Part shown: positions 30,801-43,901 of the stretch, in pieces
How positions within the stretch are numbered: position 1 is the stretch's first letter
Layout of the letters: each line of letters begins with the position of its first letter
Source: Tubiluchus corallicola
Lineage: Eukaryota; Animalia; Priapulida
DNA length: 64,000 nucleotides
Direction of reading: 5' to 3'
Assembly (NCBI GenBank): GCA_030141605.1
Contig: JAQGDQ010000372.1
Span: 124,001-188,000 of the forward strand
Position numbers and translations under genes: made by a program
Notes under the pieces: generated by a model
Database searches by the model: none
Seen by the model: only the letters and a program-made list of their open reading frames with translations
Told to the model about the DNA's origin: nothing

Positions 30801-33800
30801 TAATGGTACAGAATGTTTACAGGTAATGGTTGCTAAAGCGCTGGACATTAGCCGAGAAACGTACTTTGCCATTTTGTTGGACAGAAACATCAGTGGAATT
30901 ATTATGGTTGGAAGTCCGTCTGGTGGTATGGACATAGAAGAAGTGGCAAAGAAAACGCCTGAACTTATATTTACCGTAAGATTCATAAATGCTGCATTTC
31001 TGTTTCCTTTTTAACTTTTTTTTAAATTATATTTGTTTCAAAGGAGCGACAAGGCATGCAGGCAAAAAACTAATTCAAAGAAATCGCTGCATTATGGCAA
31101 GTGGTCATCAGCAGTTACATTTTGACTGTTGGGGCACTTTGTGGTAGGTCTAGGTAAGCCCTCACATTTAATAATAATAATAATAATAATTTCATTTAGG
31201 ACATAGTCTAGGACATAACTCAATACTTACTTCAAATTTCACATTTACCGCTGTGATCACACATGAGCTGTCGAACGTGTGTAATTCTTCACAAACTAAC
31301 ATATCTGAATTGAGAGGTACAGCACCCGTTTTTTGTGCAATGCGTTTCAATATTTTAATGAGTAAATGGTTTTGACCTGCAGTTTAAGATCAGGTCCGGT
31401 TTTGCTGTAAGTGTTTTGTATTACTTTGTCCGGAATTGAACCCACAACCTTTCTGGTTTGGAGGGACCACGTTACCATTGAACTATACCCTGCTTGATGC
31501 AGAGCAGTGATTTCTTTGATGTATTTATTTGTACTATCCAATTTTTAAGATCCGCTGTCGTAAACTTGTCGATTACCTACGTAGTGGTTATTTTGCAGAG
31601 CTTAGTTTTGTCAATGTGGACCTACCGTATTTATTCGAGTATAACGCGCAAAATTTTCTACCTAAAAAAGAACTGAAAGTTTGGGTGCGTGTCATAAACA
31701 AGGGCTGGGGTGACACGCTTAGCTGTATCAATATGTACAATTGTGCAATGACTCATTAGTCGAAGATATCGCTGACCACAATCGCAAAACATTGAATGCA
31801 GCCACATCTCGGGACCCACAAAACGCCTATGGGGAACACTCACTGCAGAGGCAAGGTGTAGCTAAGGAAATAATCAATAATATTTGCGTCATCAGCAAAC
31901 TTTGTCAGAGGGTGCAATGTCTAGATGGTTTGTCTAGACGGTGCCTGGCCCACGGAAATGTTAGAGACTGGAGTTGTTCAACAACGCACGTGTTCAACAA
32001 CGTTTGTCACTTACAATGTTTGGTCTGAGTCGAGAAAAAGTGAAACAAAATTTTATACCGATTTTTAATCGAAAATTAGGGGTGCACGTTATAGTCGAAT
32101 AAATACGGTATGTTTTTTATGATTACAGGAACAGATTGACGTCAACATGGGCGTGACTGTGGAGCAGTCAGATAGAATGGCGGAAAATCTTGGATTCAAA
32201 GGACCTCTGAAAGCCAAGGCAAGCACACAGATTCAGAATCTGTACAAAATGTTCCGCTCAGTCGATGCTACGCAAGTAGAAATAAATCCGCTCGGCGAAA
32301 CACCCCAGGGAGACGGTAATAATGTCTTAAAATTATTAAATATTCCTCTAATATTACAAGTTTGTAAATTGTATATAGTGCCAAATGCATTGGCAGCCAC
32401 TCAAAATAGTTTGCTATTTTGTTTTCATTCAACCTTATTGTTTTAGCAATTTTATAAGCGCTACACTAACTGTATTTATAAATGAATCAATAAGCCAACA
32501 CATCCATTATTATTAACAATGCTGGCACTAAGATTCTTAACATATTCTTTCGAAGGCGCTGTTACTGAAACTACAATATTTCCGAATGTGCTGTGTTTTT
32601 ACAAAATATACGTGTGTACAAGTCGATGTGCATTTTAAGACCAAAAATTGCATCATTTTATATATTACCTGTGTACAAGTCCACCATAAAATATTAAGAT
32701 CTCCCACAGTAAATGATGTCAACAATGGCCGAGTAATAGATCAATAGCTTACTGTGTTAGTATGTAAGATACGTGCAAGTGCCTGGGCCAAGTTTATTAT
32801 ACCTGCCCAATGTATATATATATATTCATGTTGATTGCCCTCATTGCAGTCCTGGCCAATAATGCAGCCTGGCCTTTCATCGCGCATAATTGTTTGTAAA
32901 GCATATACAAAGCCAGTTTAAAACTTCCCGCAGAAGCCGACAGGCGGCCGCACCTACACAACATTGGCAATTTCCATGTTCTGATCGAGTGGCTCCATCG
33001 CTAGTTTATTTACCGGTAATATAAAAATTTTAACTTAATTTCACGTACATTAAAATAAATTACAGTAATATTTGTTAATTTCGTGAAGTAATGTCAAGAT
33101 GCGAACATCCTCTGAAGCGAAGTATCACAGTATGAGTGTTCATTCAGTCCAGCGTATAATGAAGGATTATTTCTTTACACCTTCGTATTGTAGACGACTT
33201 TTTAGCAACATCTAGCAAAAACATATCGTAAGTATAAGTCGACCCCAAAAATTTCACCTTAAAATCGCCTCCAAAAATTCGACTTGTACATAAGTATATA
33301 CTGTAACTAAGGGACACTCTAATTGGACTTGTTCTTGAAGACAAGTTGTTGCTGCCTCTGTTTTTCTTGTTGTCGTAGTCGGCAAGTTTCGCTGACTGCT
33401 TTATAGACAAGCACCACCTTTCGTTAATCGATGAAGTTTATCCACAAAGGTGAGAAATGTGTTGAAAATTTAAGAAATGGACAGGTATAGTGCCGTGAAT
33501 CTAATTACCTCCAAGTGCTTATAGTAAGTGAGGAAATAGTTTGCAATTTAACACACAATTTAAATGCCCTAACCCTAACCCTAATTCTATCTCTAACCCT
33601 AATCCTAATTCTATCTCTAAGCCTAATCCTAATTCATTTCATGAACTAATTTCTTGTGTGTGGAATTGTAAGCTTTAGCAGTAACTGAAATGCTACACGA
33701 CAGAAACTTGCCAGTTTCTCTCTATTTCAATGCGAGAAATTTATTTGTTTTATTTTATTTATTTACAATAGTTCACTGCCGAATGTCCAGCACGACTACT

Positions 33801-33857
33801 GCCATGATGCCATCTTTTGTGCTGCCAAAATCTAAACAATTTAAAACCATCGTCATG

Positions 33858-33908
<51 letters not shown>

Positions 33909-33924
33909 GTTATTATTATTATTA

Positions 33925-34021
<97 letters not shown>

Positions 34022-34105
34022 CATTATCATCATCATCATCGTCGTCGTCGTCATCATCATCATCATCATCGTCATCATTATATTATTATTATTATTATTG
34101 TTATT

Positions 34106-34148
<43 letters not shown>

Positions 34149-37100
34149 TTACCATATGTTAAAATTTCATGATTGTTCAAATTGTGCTTGAAGATTTTTA
34201 AAACTGACTGTTCTTTGCTGCACAATTTAATTTAATTTGTTATTAAGATTAAGCATCGCTGTGTGTTGCACATTTTGCTAGATACTTACAGTCGTTCGTT
34301 GTGTGGCTTTTTATTTTGCTACCCCCTGTTTTGTTTTGTTTAAATATCCTCTTGTAATTTAACAGTTTAAATTGAATTTTACAGATTTAGTGGATTCTGC
34401 ACAGAAAAAATGCTCTGTTTGCTTGTAGCTCTTTTAGAATTATCTTTCTAACATCCAGTCTAACCGACTGCTACTTTGCAAGGGCTCCTAAAATTAAGAA
34501 ATTTAAAAGCACGATTCAACAAGGCGATGTTAATGTTTCTTAACAATTGTGGTAAGACTTGATGAATTGAACCATTACTGAGAATGTATTAGGCTACGTT
34601 GATTTGCTTTCTAGTGGTGTGCTTCGATGCCAAAATCAATTTCGATGATAACGCTCGTTATCGCCAGAAAGATGTATTTGACATGGATGACATGTCAGAA
34701 ACCGATCCAAGGGAAGTGCACGCCAACAAGTACGACCTTAATTACATCGGCATGGATGGAAATATTGCCTGTTTAGGTAGGTAATAAGGGCAGTTCAATT
34801 CAATTCAATTCAAAGGTTTGTTTATTTCTAATATAATATTTATAACGCAAATACAACAAATTATGTAAAGTATGTAGAGATGGGGTGACAAAAGACCATG
34901 AGGTCATCGAGTCAGCCACCCCTATATAACTTAGAACTATTAGAAATCACGGCAGACTACATGGTTAAGTGAATAAATACGTGGTTAGATCTTAAGTGTA
35001 GCAAATAAACAAAATGCAAAGCAGTTATATTATGATTATACCAATGAAAAAAAGCAAGCAAATAATGCAGTTAAAAATTAAAACAACAACTGAACAAGTC
35101 ATTTGAACTTGTTGCCTCATTAACTGAAATTTTATTTTTACCAGAAATTTACGGCTTATTGGCGTTTTTTAACCATTCTTCGTTAATGGAGCACTTTTGT
35201 CTAATGTTTGTGCGAAGTTGCATTCTCATGATTTCGGGTTTTCACTATTATTAAATGACAGTATTAATACTGCTATTGTATATGAGCAGTGCTTCGGTAC
35301 TTTAGGTTATTATAAGTATAATAAAAGTATAAGTCATTTATTTCACCTTACACATTTACAATAGTTTCATGTACAATATCTAGTGAAAGGGCCTACAAAG
35401 AACATAATACAAATAAGAAATACTGCACAGGAAAAGCCTCAAACACTGTTCACTTATACACGAAGGTAAATGTGTTGCGGGCAATCAAAAAGCAGGGCTT
35501 GTTAGATTGTCCCACACAGTGATAGAAAAAAAAGTAATGAAAATAATCTGAAAATTTGAAGTGAATCGTATGATAAAAAAACAGTGCTTAAAATGGAATG
35601 ATGCAATTAATGAAGCTCATATATGAAATGATATAAAAGATAGAAAGACTATTATTTGTTAATAGTATGTAAAATTAAGATAACACCACTGTTTTGCCAC
35701 TACTGTGAGAATGGATACTGATAGAAGCTTTGATTACTTACTGATATTTAAAATTTGATTTTTTAGCTTTTTTTAAATCGAGTAATAGATCTGCAATTGT
35801 TTGCGGATCGACAAATCTATTCCAGACTTTTGGTCCTTGAAATATTATGAAATGTTTAGCTATGTTCGTTCTACAAGACATTAGAAGCTTTACATCTAAT
35901 GGCGTTGCTCTTAATTGGTTTTGTACATGTTTAATTAAATAGCAGACTTCTGCAAGTTTATATTACGCTATGCTTGCTACTGAATACCAGCGATTGTGGT
36001 GTGTCCAAGGCATCTTGCTCTAGTGTCCCTAATATGTTATCCCAAGTAATCAGCAAGCATATATCTTAAGCTTATGGCTATGGTTGTTCTTCACTTTGTG
36101 CTAAGTTAAGCAGTCCTAAGGATTCGCCAGGTGCTGTGAAAATACTATTCACACTGCACAGTAGATGGGTGATGGGTTTTAGAGCAGTGATTAACTGAAC
36201 TCCTTTACAAATTTGCAGTTCATTTATGTGGATGACTGCTAAGTTTTAGAACAGTGATTAACTGAACTCCTTTACAAATTTGCAGTTCCTTTATGTAGAT
36301 AACTACTAAGTTTTAGAGCAGTGATTAACTGAACTCCTTTACAAATTTGCAGTTCCTTTATGTAGATGACTGTTAAGTTTTAGAGCAGTGATTAACTGAA
36401 CTCCTTTACAAATTTGCAGTCACTTTATGTAGATAACTGCTAAGTTTTAGAGCAGTGATTAACTGAACTCCTTTACAAATTTGCAGTTCCTTTATGTAGA
36501 TGACTGCTAAGTTTTAGAGCAGTGATTAACTGAACTCCTTTACAAATTTGCAGTTCATTTATGTAGATGACTGCTAAGTTTTAGAGCAGTGATTAACTGA
36601 ACTCCTTTACATATTTGCAGTCCCTTTATGTGGATGACTGCTAAGTTTTAGAGCAGTGATTAACTGAACTCCTTTACAAATTGGCAGTCACTTTAAGTGG
36701 CAATATTCCTTTATGTTTAGCTTACAATTTAAAAATCCTAATTTACTTTTTGTCCCTCCAAGCCAATGTTGTGTTTTTGATAAAAGGGCTTTTGCAATTG
36801 CTGTTTCTCATCTCTGGAACCAGTTGCCATTTTCCTGGCATCTTTTTTGAAAACTATTTTTAGCTTGACACATTCTCAAAGTGTTTGTGTCATGTAAGTG
36901 TTTGACACATTATCAAGTACTTATGTTGTGTAATAATACTTTAACAATTTTTTTAATTGTCTTGGTACTATTTTAATTTGCAGTCTCTAACTCAGTCTAA
37001 TATAACTTGGGTGCTGTATTCTCGAAATATAACCATTACTTAATGCTGATAACATTGTTTTGCCTTAACCTACCTGTAATTACTTTTTTGTAGTATTATC

Positions 37101-40100
37101 GTTTAATCTGCAAATTAAGAAAAACATACATAACGTTTGAGCCTAATAAGTCGAAACAAAATATTGTGCAGCAAAAAATACTCAAATGCGAAATACATAG
37201 CTGATTAAATAGTAAAAATGTAACTTAAAGTATTACAGCACGTTTTCTGACGTGTGAAAGCAAATTTAGAAGTTCAAAAAAGGAGTGGTGTAATTTTCTT
37301 AATTACTTACATCATAGCAACATATAGTTGGCTCAAAGATGAAATACATGCTGCACTAAGACAAAAAAAATACAAATATTTGGCAAACACAATAACAAAA
37401 ATTAGCGCCTCAATTCACACATTAAGCTTTGCCACGTCAGTGCTACGCTCACACCTTTTACCTGCCTTATACTACTGCCATTTACCTGCCTTATACTACT
37501 GCCACCTGGTGCTCGAAATTCAGGAAAAATCCTCACACTACCATTTATCTTTGTTTAGTTAATGGTGCTGGTTTAGCTATGGCAACTATGGACATCATCA
37601 AACTTCACGGTGGAGAACCTGCCAATTTTCTAGATGTGGGTGGTGGAGTCGAGGAAGATCAAGTCGCCGAAGCGTTTAAAATAATCACCACAGATAGCAG
37701 AGTAAGTGTTGAATACATCCATCTGCATTGATCTATTTCTTTAAATACTTGTCAATAATTGGAGTTGAGATCTTGGTCGAATTTGCAGTAGTGCATTCTG
37801 ATATGTAAAGTAAAAACTGATTTATAAGTGGGATTGCATAATTAACCATTTTTTGAAGCACCCTGTACATAGCTTTTTTTTAAACAATTTGGTATTCTGC
37901 GACTAGAATCTAGGATTCAACAGCAGTGCCAATTTATAGTAGATGATTGTTCAGGATCGGGCTGTAGTTGATCATCAAGGATAATCTGCTGAGATGGACT
38001 CTCAATCTGAACTGGCTCAGGTATTTGAGCCTCTCCTCCCTCTATGAAGTAAACAACCACACCCACTAGCAAGTGAAGATGCATATAGAAGGGTTGAACC
38101 AGTGGGGGTCACTAGCAAGTCACATGCAGGCGTCTGAAGTGCGTCACTACACGAGGCAGTTTGATCTAATGAATGACCTATATGATTAAAAACATGGTTA
38201 AAATTATCATGGCTTAATAAAACAATTCAAACCAATGTCTCCCACTGCTTGTTTTTGCCAGTAGATGATACCACGGGTCTTAACCACCAAATTTCTGTTT
38301 GCAATATTGGCGATGGGTTTAACTGAAATTTGTTTATTTCTCGCTTTAGCCATTGTTACTCTAAAAACCTGTTCAGGTCACAGCATGCTCACTTAATCGC
38401 TTGGTTTTTCACCAACCTGTTCAGGTCACAGCATGCTCACTTAATCGCTTGGTTTTTCACCAACCTGTTCATGTCACAGCATACTCACTTAATCGCTTGG
38501 CTTTTCACCAACCTGTTCAGGTCACAGCATGCTCACTTAATCGCTTGGTTTTTCACCAACCTGTTCAGGTCACAGCATACTCACTTAATCGCTTGGTTTT
38601 TCACCAACCTGTTCAGGTCACAGCATGCTCACTTAATCGCTTGGTTTTTCGCCAACCTGTTCAGGTCACAGCATGCTCACTTAATCGCTTGGTTCTTCGC
38701 CAACCTGTTCAGGTCACAGCATGCTCACTTAATCGCTTGGTTTTTCACCAACCTGTTCAGGTCACAGCATGCTCACTTAATCGCTTGGTTTTTCGCCAAC
38801 CTGTTCAGGTCACAGCATGCTCACTTAATCGCTTGGTTCTTCGCCAACCTGTTCAGGTCACAGCATGCTCACTTAATCGCTTGGTTTTTCGCCAACCTGT
38901 TCAGGTCACAGCATGCTCACTTAATCGCTTGGTTCTTCGCCAACCTGTTCATGTCACAGCATGCTCACTTAATCGCTTGGTTTTTCCCCAACCTGTTCAG
39001 GTCACAGCATGCTCACTTAATCGCTTGGTTTTTCGCCAACCTGTTCAGGTCACAGCATGCTCACTTAATCGCTTGGTTCTTCGCCAATCTGTTCATGTCA
39101 CAGCATGCTCACTTAATCGCTTGGTTTTTCGCCAACCTGTTCATGTCACAGCATGCTCACTTAATCGCTTGGTTCTTCGCCAACCTGTTCATGTCACAGC
39201 ATGCTCACTTAATCGCTTGGTTTTTCCCCAACCTGTTCAGGTCACAGCATGCTCACTTAATCGCTTGGTTCTTCGCCAACCTGTTCAGGTCACAGCATGC
39301 TCACTTAATCGCTTGGTTTTTCGCCAACCTGTTCAGGTCACAGCATGCTCACTTAATCGCTTGGTTCTTCGCCAACCTGTTCATGTCACAGCATGCTCAC
39401 TTAATCGCTTGGTTTTTCCCCAACCTGTTCAGGTCACAGCATGCTCACTTAATCGCTTGGTTTTTCGCCAATCTGTTCATGTCACAGCATGCTCACTTAA
39501 TCGCTTGGTTTTTCGCCAACCTGTTCATGTCACAGCATGCTCACTTAATCGCTTGGTTCTTCGCCAACCTGTTCATGTCACAGCATGCTCACTTAATCGC
39601 TTGGTTTTTCACCAACCTGTTCAGGTCACAGCATGCTCACTTAATCGCTTGGTTCTTCGCCAACCTGTTCATGTCACAGCATGCTCACTTAATCGCTTGG
39701 TTTTTCGCCAACCTGTTCAGGTCACAGCATGCTCACTTAATCGCTTGGTTTTTCACCAACCTGTTCAGGTCACAGCATGCTCACTTAATCGCTTGGTTCT
39801 TCGCCAACCTGTTCAGGTCACAGCATGCTCACTTAATCGCTTGGTTTTTCACCAACCTGTTCAGGTCACAGCATGCTCACTTAATCGCTTGGTTCTTCGC
39901 CAACCTGTTCATGTCACAGCATGCTCACTTAATCGCTTGGTTTTTCACCAACCTGTTCAGGTCACAGCATGCTCACTTAATCGCTTGGTTCTTCGCCAAT
40001 CTGTTCATGTCACAGCATGCTCACTTAATCGCTTGGTTTTTCACCAACCTGTTCAGGTCACAGCATGCTCACTTAATCGCTTGGTTCTTCGCCAACCTGT

Positions 40101-43100
40101 TCATGTCACAGCATGCTCACTTAATCGCTTGGTTTTTCCCCAACCTGTTCAGGTCACAGCATGCTCACTTAATCGCTTGGTTTTTCGCCAACCTGTTCAT
40201 GTCACAGCATGCTCACTTAATCACTTGGTTCTTCGCCAACCTGTTCAGGTCACAGCATGCTCACTTAATCGCTTGGTTTTTCACCAACCTGTTCAGGTCA
40301 CAGCATGCTCACTTAATCGCTTGGTTCTTCGCCAACCTGTTCATGTCACAGCATGCTCACTTAATCGCTTGGTTTTTCCCCAACCTGTTCAGGTCACAGC
40401 ATGCTCACTTAATCGCTTGGTTTTTCACCAACCTGTTCAGGTCACAGCATGCTCACTTAATCGCTTGGTTCTTCGCCAACCTGTTCAGGTCACAGCATGC
40501 TCACTTAGTCGCTTGGTTTTCCCAACCTGTTCATGTCACAGCATGCTCACTTAATCGCTTGGTTTTTCACCAACCTGTTCAGGTCACAGCATGCTCACTT
40601 AATTGCTTGCTTTTTCACCAATCTGTTCAGGTCACAGCATGCTCACTTAATCGCTTGGTTTTTCACCAACCTGTTCAGGTCACAGCATGCTCACTTAATC
40701 GCTTGGTTTTTCACCAACCTGTTCAGGTCACAGCATGCTCACTTAATCGCTTGGTTTTTCACCAACCTGTTCAGGTCACAGCATGCTCACTTAATCGCTT
40801 GGTTCTTCGCCAACCTGTTCATGTCACAGCATGCTCACTTAATCGCTTGGTTTTTCACCAACCTGTTCAGGTCACAGCATGCTCACTTAATCGCTTGGTT
40901 TTTCACCAACCTGTTCAGGTCACAGCATGCTCACTTAATCGCTTGGTTTTTCACCAACCTGTTCAGGTCACAGCATGCTCACTTAATCGCTTGGTTTTTC
41001 ACCAACCTGTTCAGGTCACAGCATGCTCACTTAATCGCTTGGTTTTTCACCAACCTGTTCAGGTCACAGCATGCTCACTCACTTAATCGCTTGGTTTTTC
41101 ACCAACCTGTTCAGCTCACAGCATGCTCACTTAATCGCTTGGTTTTTCACCAACCTGTTCGGGTCACAGCATGCTCACTTAATCGCTTGGTTCTTTGCCA
41201 ACCTGTTCAGGTCACAGCATGCTCACTTAATCGCTTGGTTTTTCACCAACCTGTTCAGGTCACAGCATGCTCACTTAATCGCTTGGTTTTTCACCAACCT
41301 GTTCAGGTCACAGCATGCTCACTTAATCGCTTGGTTCTTCGCCAACCTGTTCATGTCACAGCATGCTCACTTAATCGCTTGGTTTTTCACCAACCTGTTC
41401 GGGTCACAGCATGCTCACTTAATCGCTTGGTTCTTTGCCAACCTGTTCATGTCACAGCATGCTCACTTCATCGCTTGCTTTTTCACCAATCTGTTCAGGT
41501 CACAGCATGCTCACTTAATCGCTTGGTTTTTCACCAACCTGTTCAGGTCACAGCATGCTCACTTAATCGCTTGGTTCTTCGCCAACCTGTTCATGTCACA
41601 GCATGCTCACTTAATCGCTTGGTTTTTCCCCAACCTGTTCAGGTCACAGCATGCTCACTTAATCGCTTGCTTTTTCACCAAACTCAATTCTAAAATTGTA
41701 CGTTGTGTAACTTGCTATTTTGTTTTGCAGGTAAAAAGTATTTTAGTCAACATATTCGGCGGCATCGTTGATTGCAATATAATAGCTAAAGGAATTGTGA
41801 ATGCGTGCAAACACATCAAATTGACGATTCCTCTCGTTATCAGATTAGAAGGTGCCTATTTCATTTGCTTGCAGTTGTTCTATTTATTTATTTTATTTAT
41901 TTGTTTTATTCTTCGCGCAAAAATAACAATTTTGAGAAAATGAGCTGTTGGTGTCAGTTTTAGTGAGAATGACTTGGATGTGGTATTTAGTTTTTGAGGC
42001 AATGTCTGCTTCGGCTTCACTAAAAGTTGCTAGGTGGTTAATAGTAATAAAATATGAGAAACTGTCATATTTAAAAAAAAGGAAACACAAAAAATTCACA
42101 CAATTTCAGATCAGAATTTCTTATTTCAAGTTGATCACACAAAGGCATTTCAAATCATAGATCATTAATTCATCAGTTTCAGTTACAGCTTAAAACTATA
42201 TTCTGTTTTACATAATAATGTACAAACCATATATAGTTGCCAGCAGTTTCTTCTTTAATGATGGTCTATCTCTCAATCTTTTCTCATAGTAATGCAGAGT
42301 GTTGTACAGATATGTTACAGGGTGATCTAAAAAAATGAAGTAAGAAGCAACAATATAAATAATCGTGTAAAGTCGTTCACGCCAAGGATTAATTTAGCAA
42401 TGTACTGAACTTTGAAAAACTAATTCCAAAATATATTTCTTAATTTCTTTAAAGTATTTCATATTGCCAGCTTACCCAAAATTGTCTATACATATAGTTG
42501 TGGAGCTCTGTAATATTCTATAGTATAGTAGAACAATCTTCTTACCTGGTAGAAGATTCGAGAACTTTCTATACACGATGCGCGTAGGGCTTTCTAGATG
42601 GTTGATTTGCACTGATATATTTAAGGCGGAGCTGGCCGCTGGAGTTTATTCTCTTGTATCCTCGTATTCTCAGATACGCTTTCACGTTATCACATTTACT
42701 GTAAACATTTTGCGTTCCTTCATACTTTTGTGTTGTAGAATTCTCGCATAATAAACTAGTTTAATTTGACACCGTGTTTTCTGGTTTTCTCTACGAGCCT
42801 TCCAAGAGAAACAAAACACGACGCATATATTTATATTTATATTTATACAAAGCACTTTAGAAAAAGCTAAAGCAGTTTAACTAAAATTTGAGTCGGCGAT
42901 CCTCACCGTAAATTAAGTAACATAATGCTGGTGGTCGGAAATTAAGACATCACTGGAAAATTATATTCTTATTCATTTGATGTTGTACCAGGGTAAATTT
43001 CCGTATTATATTAAGCGTCAGATCAGCTTCAATATTTTGTTACAAAAATCACTAATGTTTTCTAATTCTGATTATGGATTTGATTTTAAAATGTGGCTGA

Positions 43101-43901
43101 TTTTCACTGATGTTTTAATTCGTTTTCTTATCAGTGAGACATAGAGAATAATATTTTGTAAACATAATATACTGTATGTGAGCAAATCTTGCTAGTATTC
43201 CTAACGTTTTTAGACATTTAACCCTTCTGTTAAATTTCATGTAGGCCTTTAAGGAGGGACACTCAGAAGTTTATACCAAATGGAACATTTTTATATGAAT
43301 ATTGTTTTGCAGCTTTTATTGATTTTATTTTGTAAATATTAGGATTGGCATTTTGCCAAAAGAACATACTGAAGTTGAAGTTTTTCTTTGAGTGCTGTAT
43401 AGTCGTTGGTTGACATTTTTGCTAATCCTAACTGGACAGAAATTTTAATTACTCTAAATTTAAATTTATGTTGTATTGTTATCATACTTTTTTTAGTTTT
43501 GGATAGTGCTGCCACCTTCAGGTGTTCTTGTTAAAATTGTTAAATCTTTCTCTTTACTGTTTAAATTTTCATTGGCTTCTACAGTCTTTAGGAATGCATA
43601 ATTTCTAAACCTGTCTTCACATCTAAATGATTTCACCTGTAGTTTTGGTATTTGGTTTTCTGCTTTTCAACATGACACTACTTCACTGTTTATGTAGACA
43701 CTTCAGAATAAAATCTTAAAACTAAATTTCAAGTTTTTCGGTTTCTTCAAACCACTGACCATATTTTATCATGCAATATTATGTTTTCCAGGCACCAATG
43801 TAGACGCTGCAAATGAGACTTTAAACGACAGTGGCCTCAACATAGAATTAGCTCACAGTTTCGAAGATGCAGCAAAACGAGCCGTGGCAAACCTGAACTA
43901 G
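25496..43901 (+). CDS. SUCLG2: Succinate--CoA ligase [GDP-forming] subunit beta, mitochondrial; 10 exons, 428 aa
   Basis: Exons 25496-25558 ([21 protein letters not shown], targeting-peptide-like, least certain), 27180-27336 ([11 protein letters not shown]), 28907-29006 ([12 protein letters not shown]), 29297-29387 (LVTKQT), 30823-30975 (GGMDIEEVA), 32129-32315 (DATQVEINP), 34615-34776 ([13 protein letters not shown]), 37559-37701 ([21 protein letters not shown]), 41731-41851 ([14 protein letters not shown]), 43792-43901 (GTN...TAG). 1287 nt in frame. [10 protein letters not shown] favours the GDP-forming over the ADP-forming paralogue. Confidence 0.95.
26579..27068 (-). mobile_element. 5S rRNA-derived SINE, 5'-truncated second copy (SUCLG2 intron 1)
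   Basis: Same body and (CAA)n tail as 16266-16823; only the 3' half of the 5S head remains. Confidence 0.88.
27724..27867. repeat. (TTAC)n microsatellite, tail of a LINE-like 3' end
   Basis: Immediately follows AATAAA, with a hairpin upstream at ~27564-27610. Confidence 0.93.
29442..29724 (+). mobile_element. Solo LTR (same family as 42496-42823)
   Basis: TGTTG...CAACA termini, TATATAAGG, AATAAA; strong similarity to 42496-42823; no TSD seen. Confidence 0.7.
30555..30831. repeat. 34-bp minisatellite overlapping the SUCLG2 exon 5 acceptor
   Basis: Unit TTTACAGGTAATGATTTGGTAATGGTACAGAATG, ~8 units. Confidence 0.95.
31428..31493 (-). mobile_element. Degenerate tRNA-derived SINE head
   Basis: Minus-strand A-box TAGTTCAATGGT and B-box GGTTCAATTCC at tRNA-like spacing; no intact cloverleaf. 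Confidence 0.45.
31625..32108. mobile_element. Tc1/mariner (pogo/Tigger-like) MITE
   Basis: ~26-bp TIR CCGTATTTATTCGA(G/C)TATAACG(C/T)GCA with TA on both sides. Confidence 0.85.
33858..34151. repeat. Compound trinucleotide microsatellite
   Basis: Blocks ATT-(ATCATT)-ATC-GTC-ATC-ATT. Confidence 0.97.
34795..35885 (-). mobile_element. LINE (CR1/L2-group-like) 3' remnant
   Basis: Minus strand encodes [19 protein letters not shown] near 35880-35820; 3' hairpin at 34882-34923, AATAAA and a (TTGAA)n tail at ~34795-34830. Confidence 0.6.
36177..36695. repeat. 67-bp minisatellite, ~7.7 units, SUCLG2 intron 7
   Basis: Unit TTTTAGAGCAGTGATTAACTGAACTCCTTTACAAATTTGCAGTTCCTTTATGTAGATGACTGCTAAG. Confidence 0.95.
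38356..41680. repeat. 48-bp minisatellite, ~69 units, in SUCLG2 intron 8
   Basis: Unit AACCTGTTCA(G/T)GTCACAGCATGCTCACTTAATCGCTTGGTT(T/C)TTC(A/G/C)CC. Confidence 0.98.
42496..42823 (+). mobile_element. Solo LTR
   Basis: Homologous to 29442-29724; 5-bp TSD CATAT; terminal dinucleotides decayed (AG...CG). Confidence 0.72.

Noticed and set aside
33568-33635. Interstitial telomere (CCCTAA)n
   Set aside because: Only 2-3 perfect units amid degenerate ones; insufficient evidence.
38356-41680. CRISPR-like array
   Set aside because: Head-to-tail units with no unique spacers, eukaryotic intron context, no cas genes.
38330-41693. 918-, 717- and 386-aa ORFs of repeated [15 protein letters not shown] / [15 protein letters not shown]
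   Set aside because: By-product of a stop-free 48-bp unit inside a SUCLG2 intron; two frames are open and frameshifts at ~40520 and ~41078 are tolerated.
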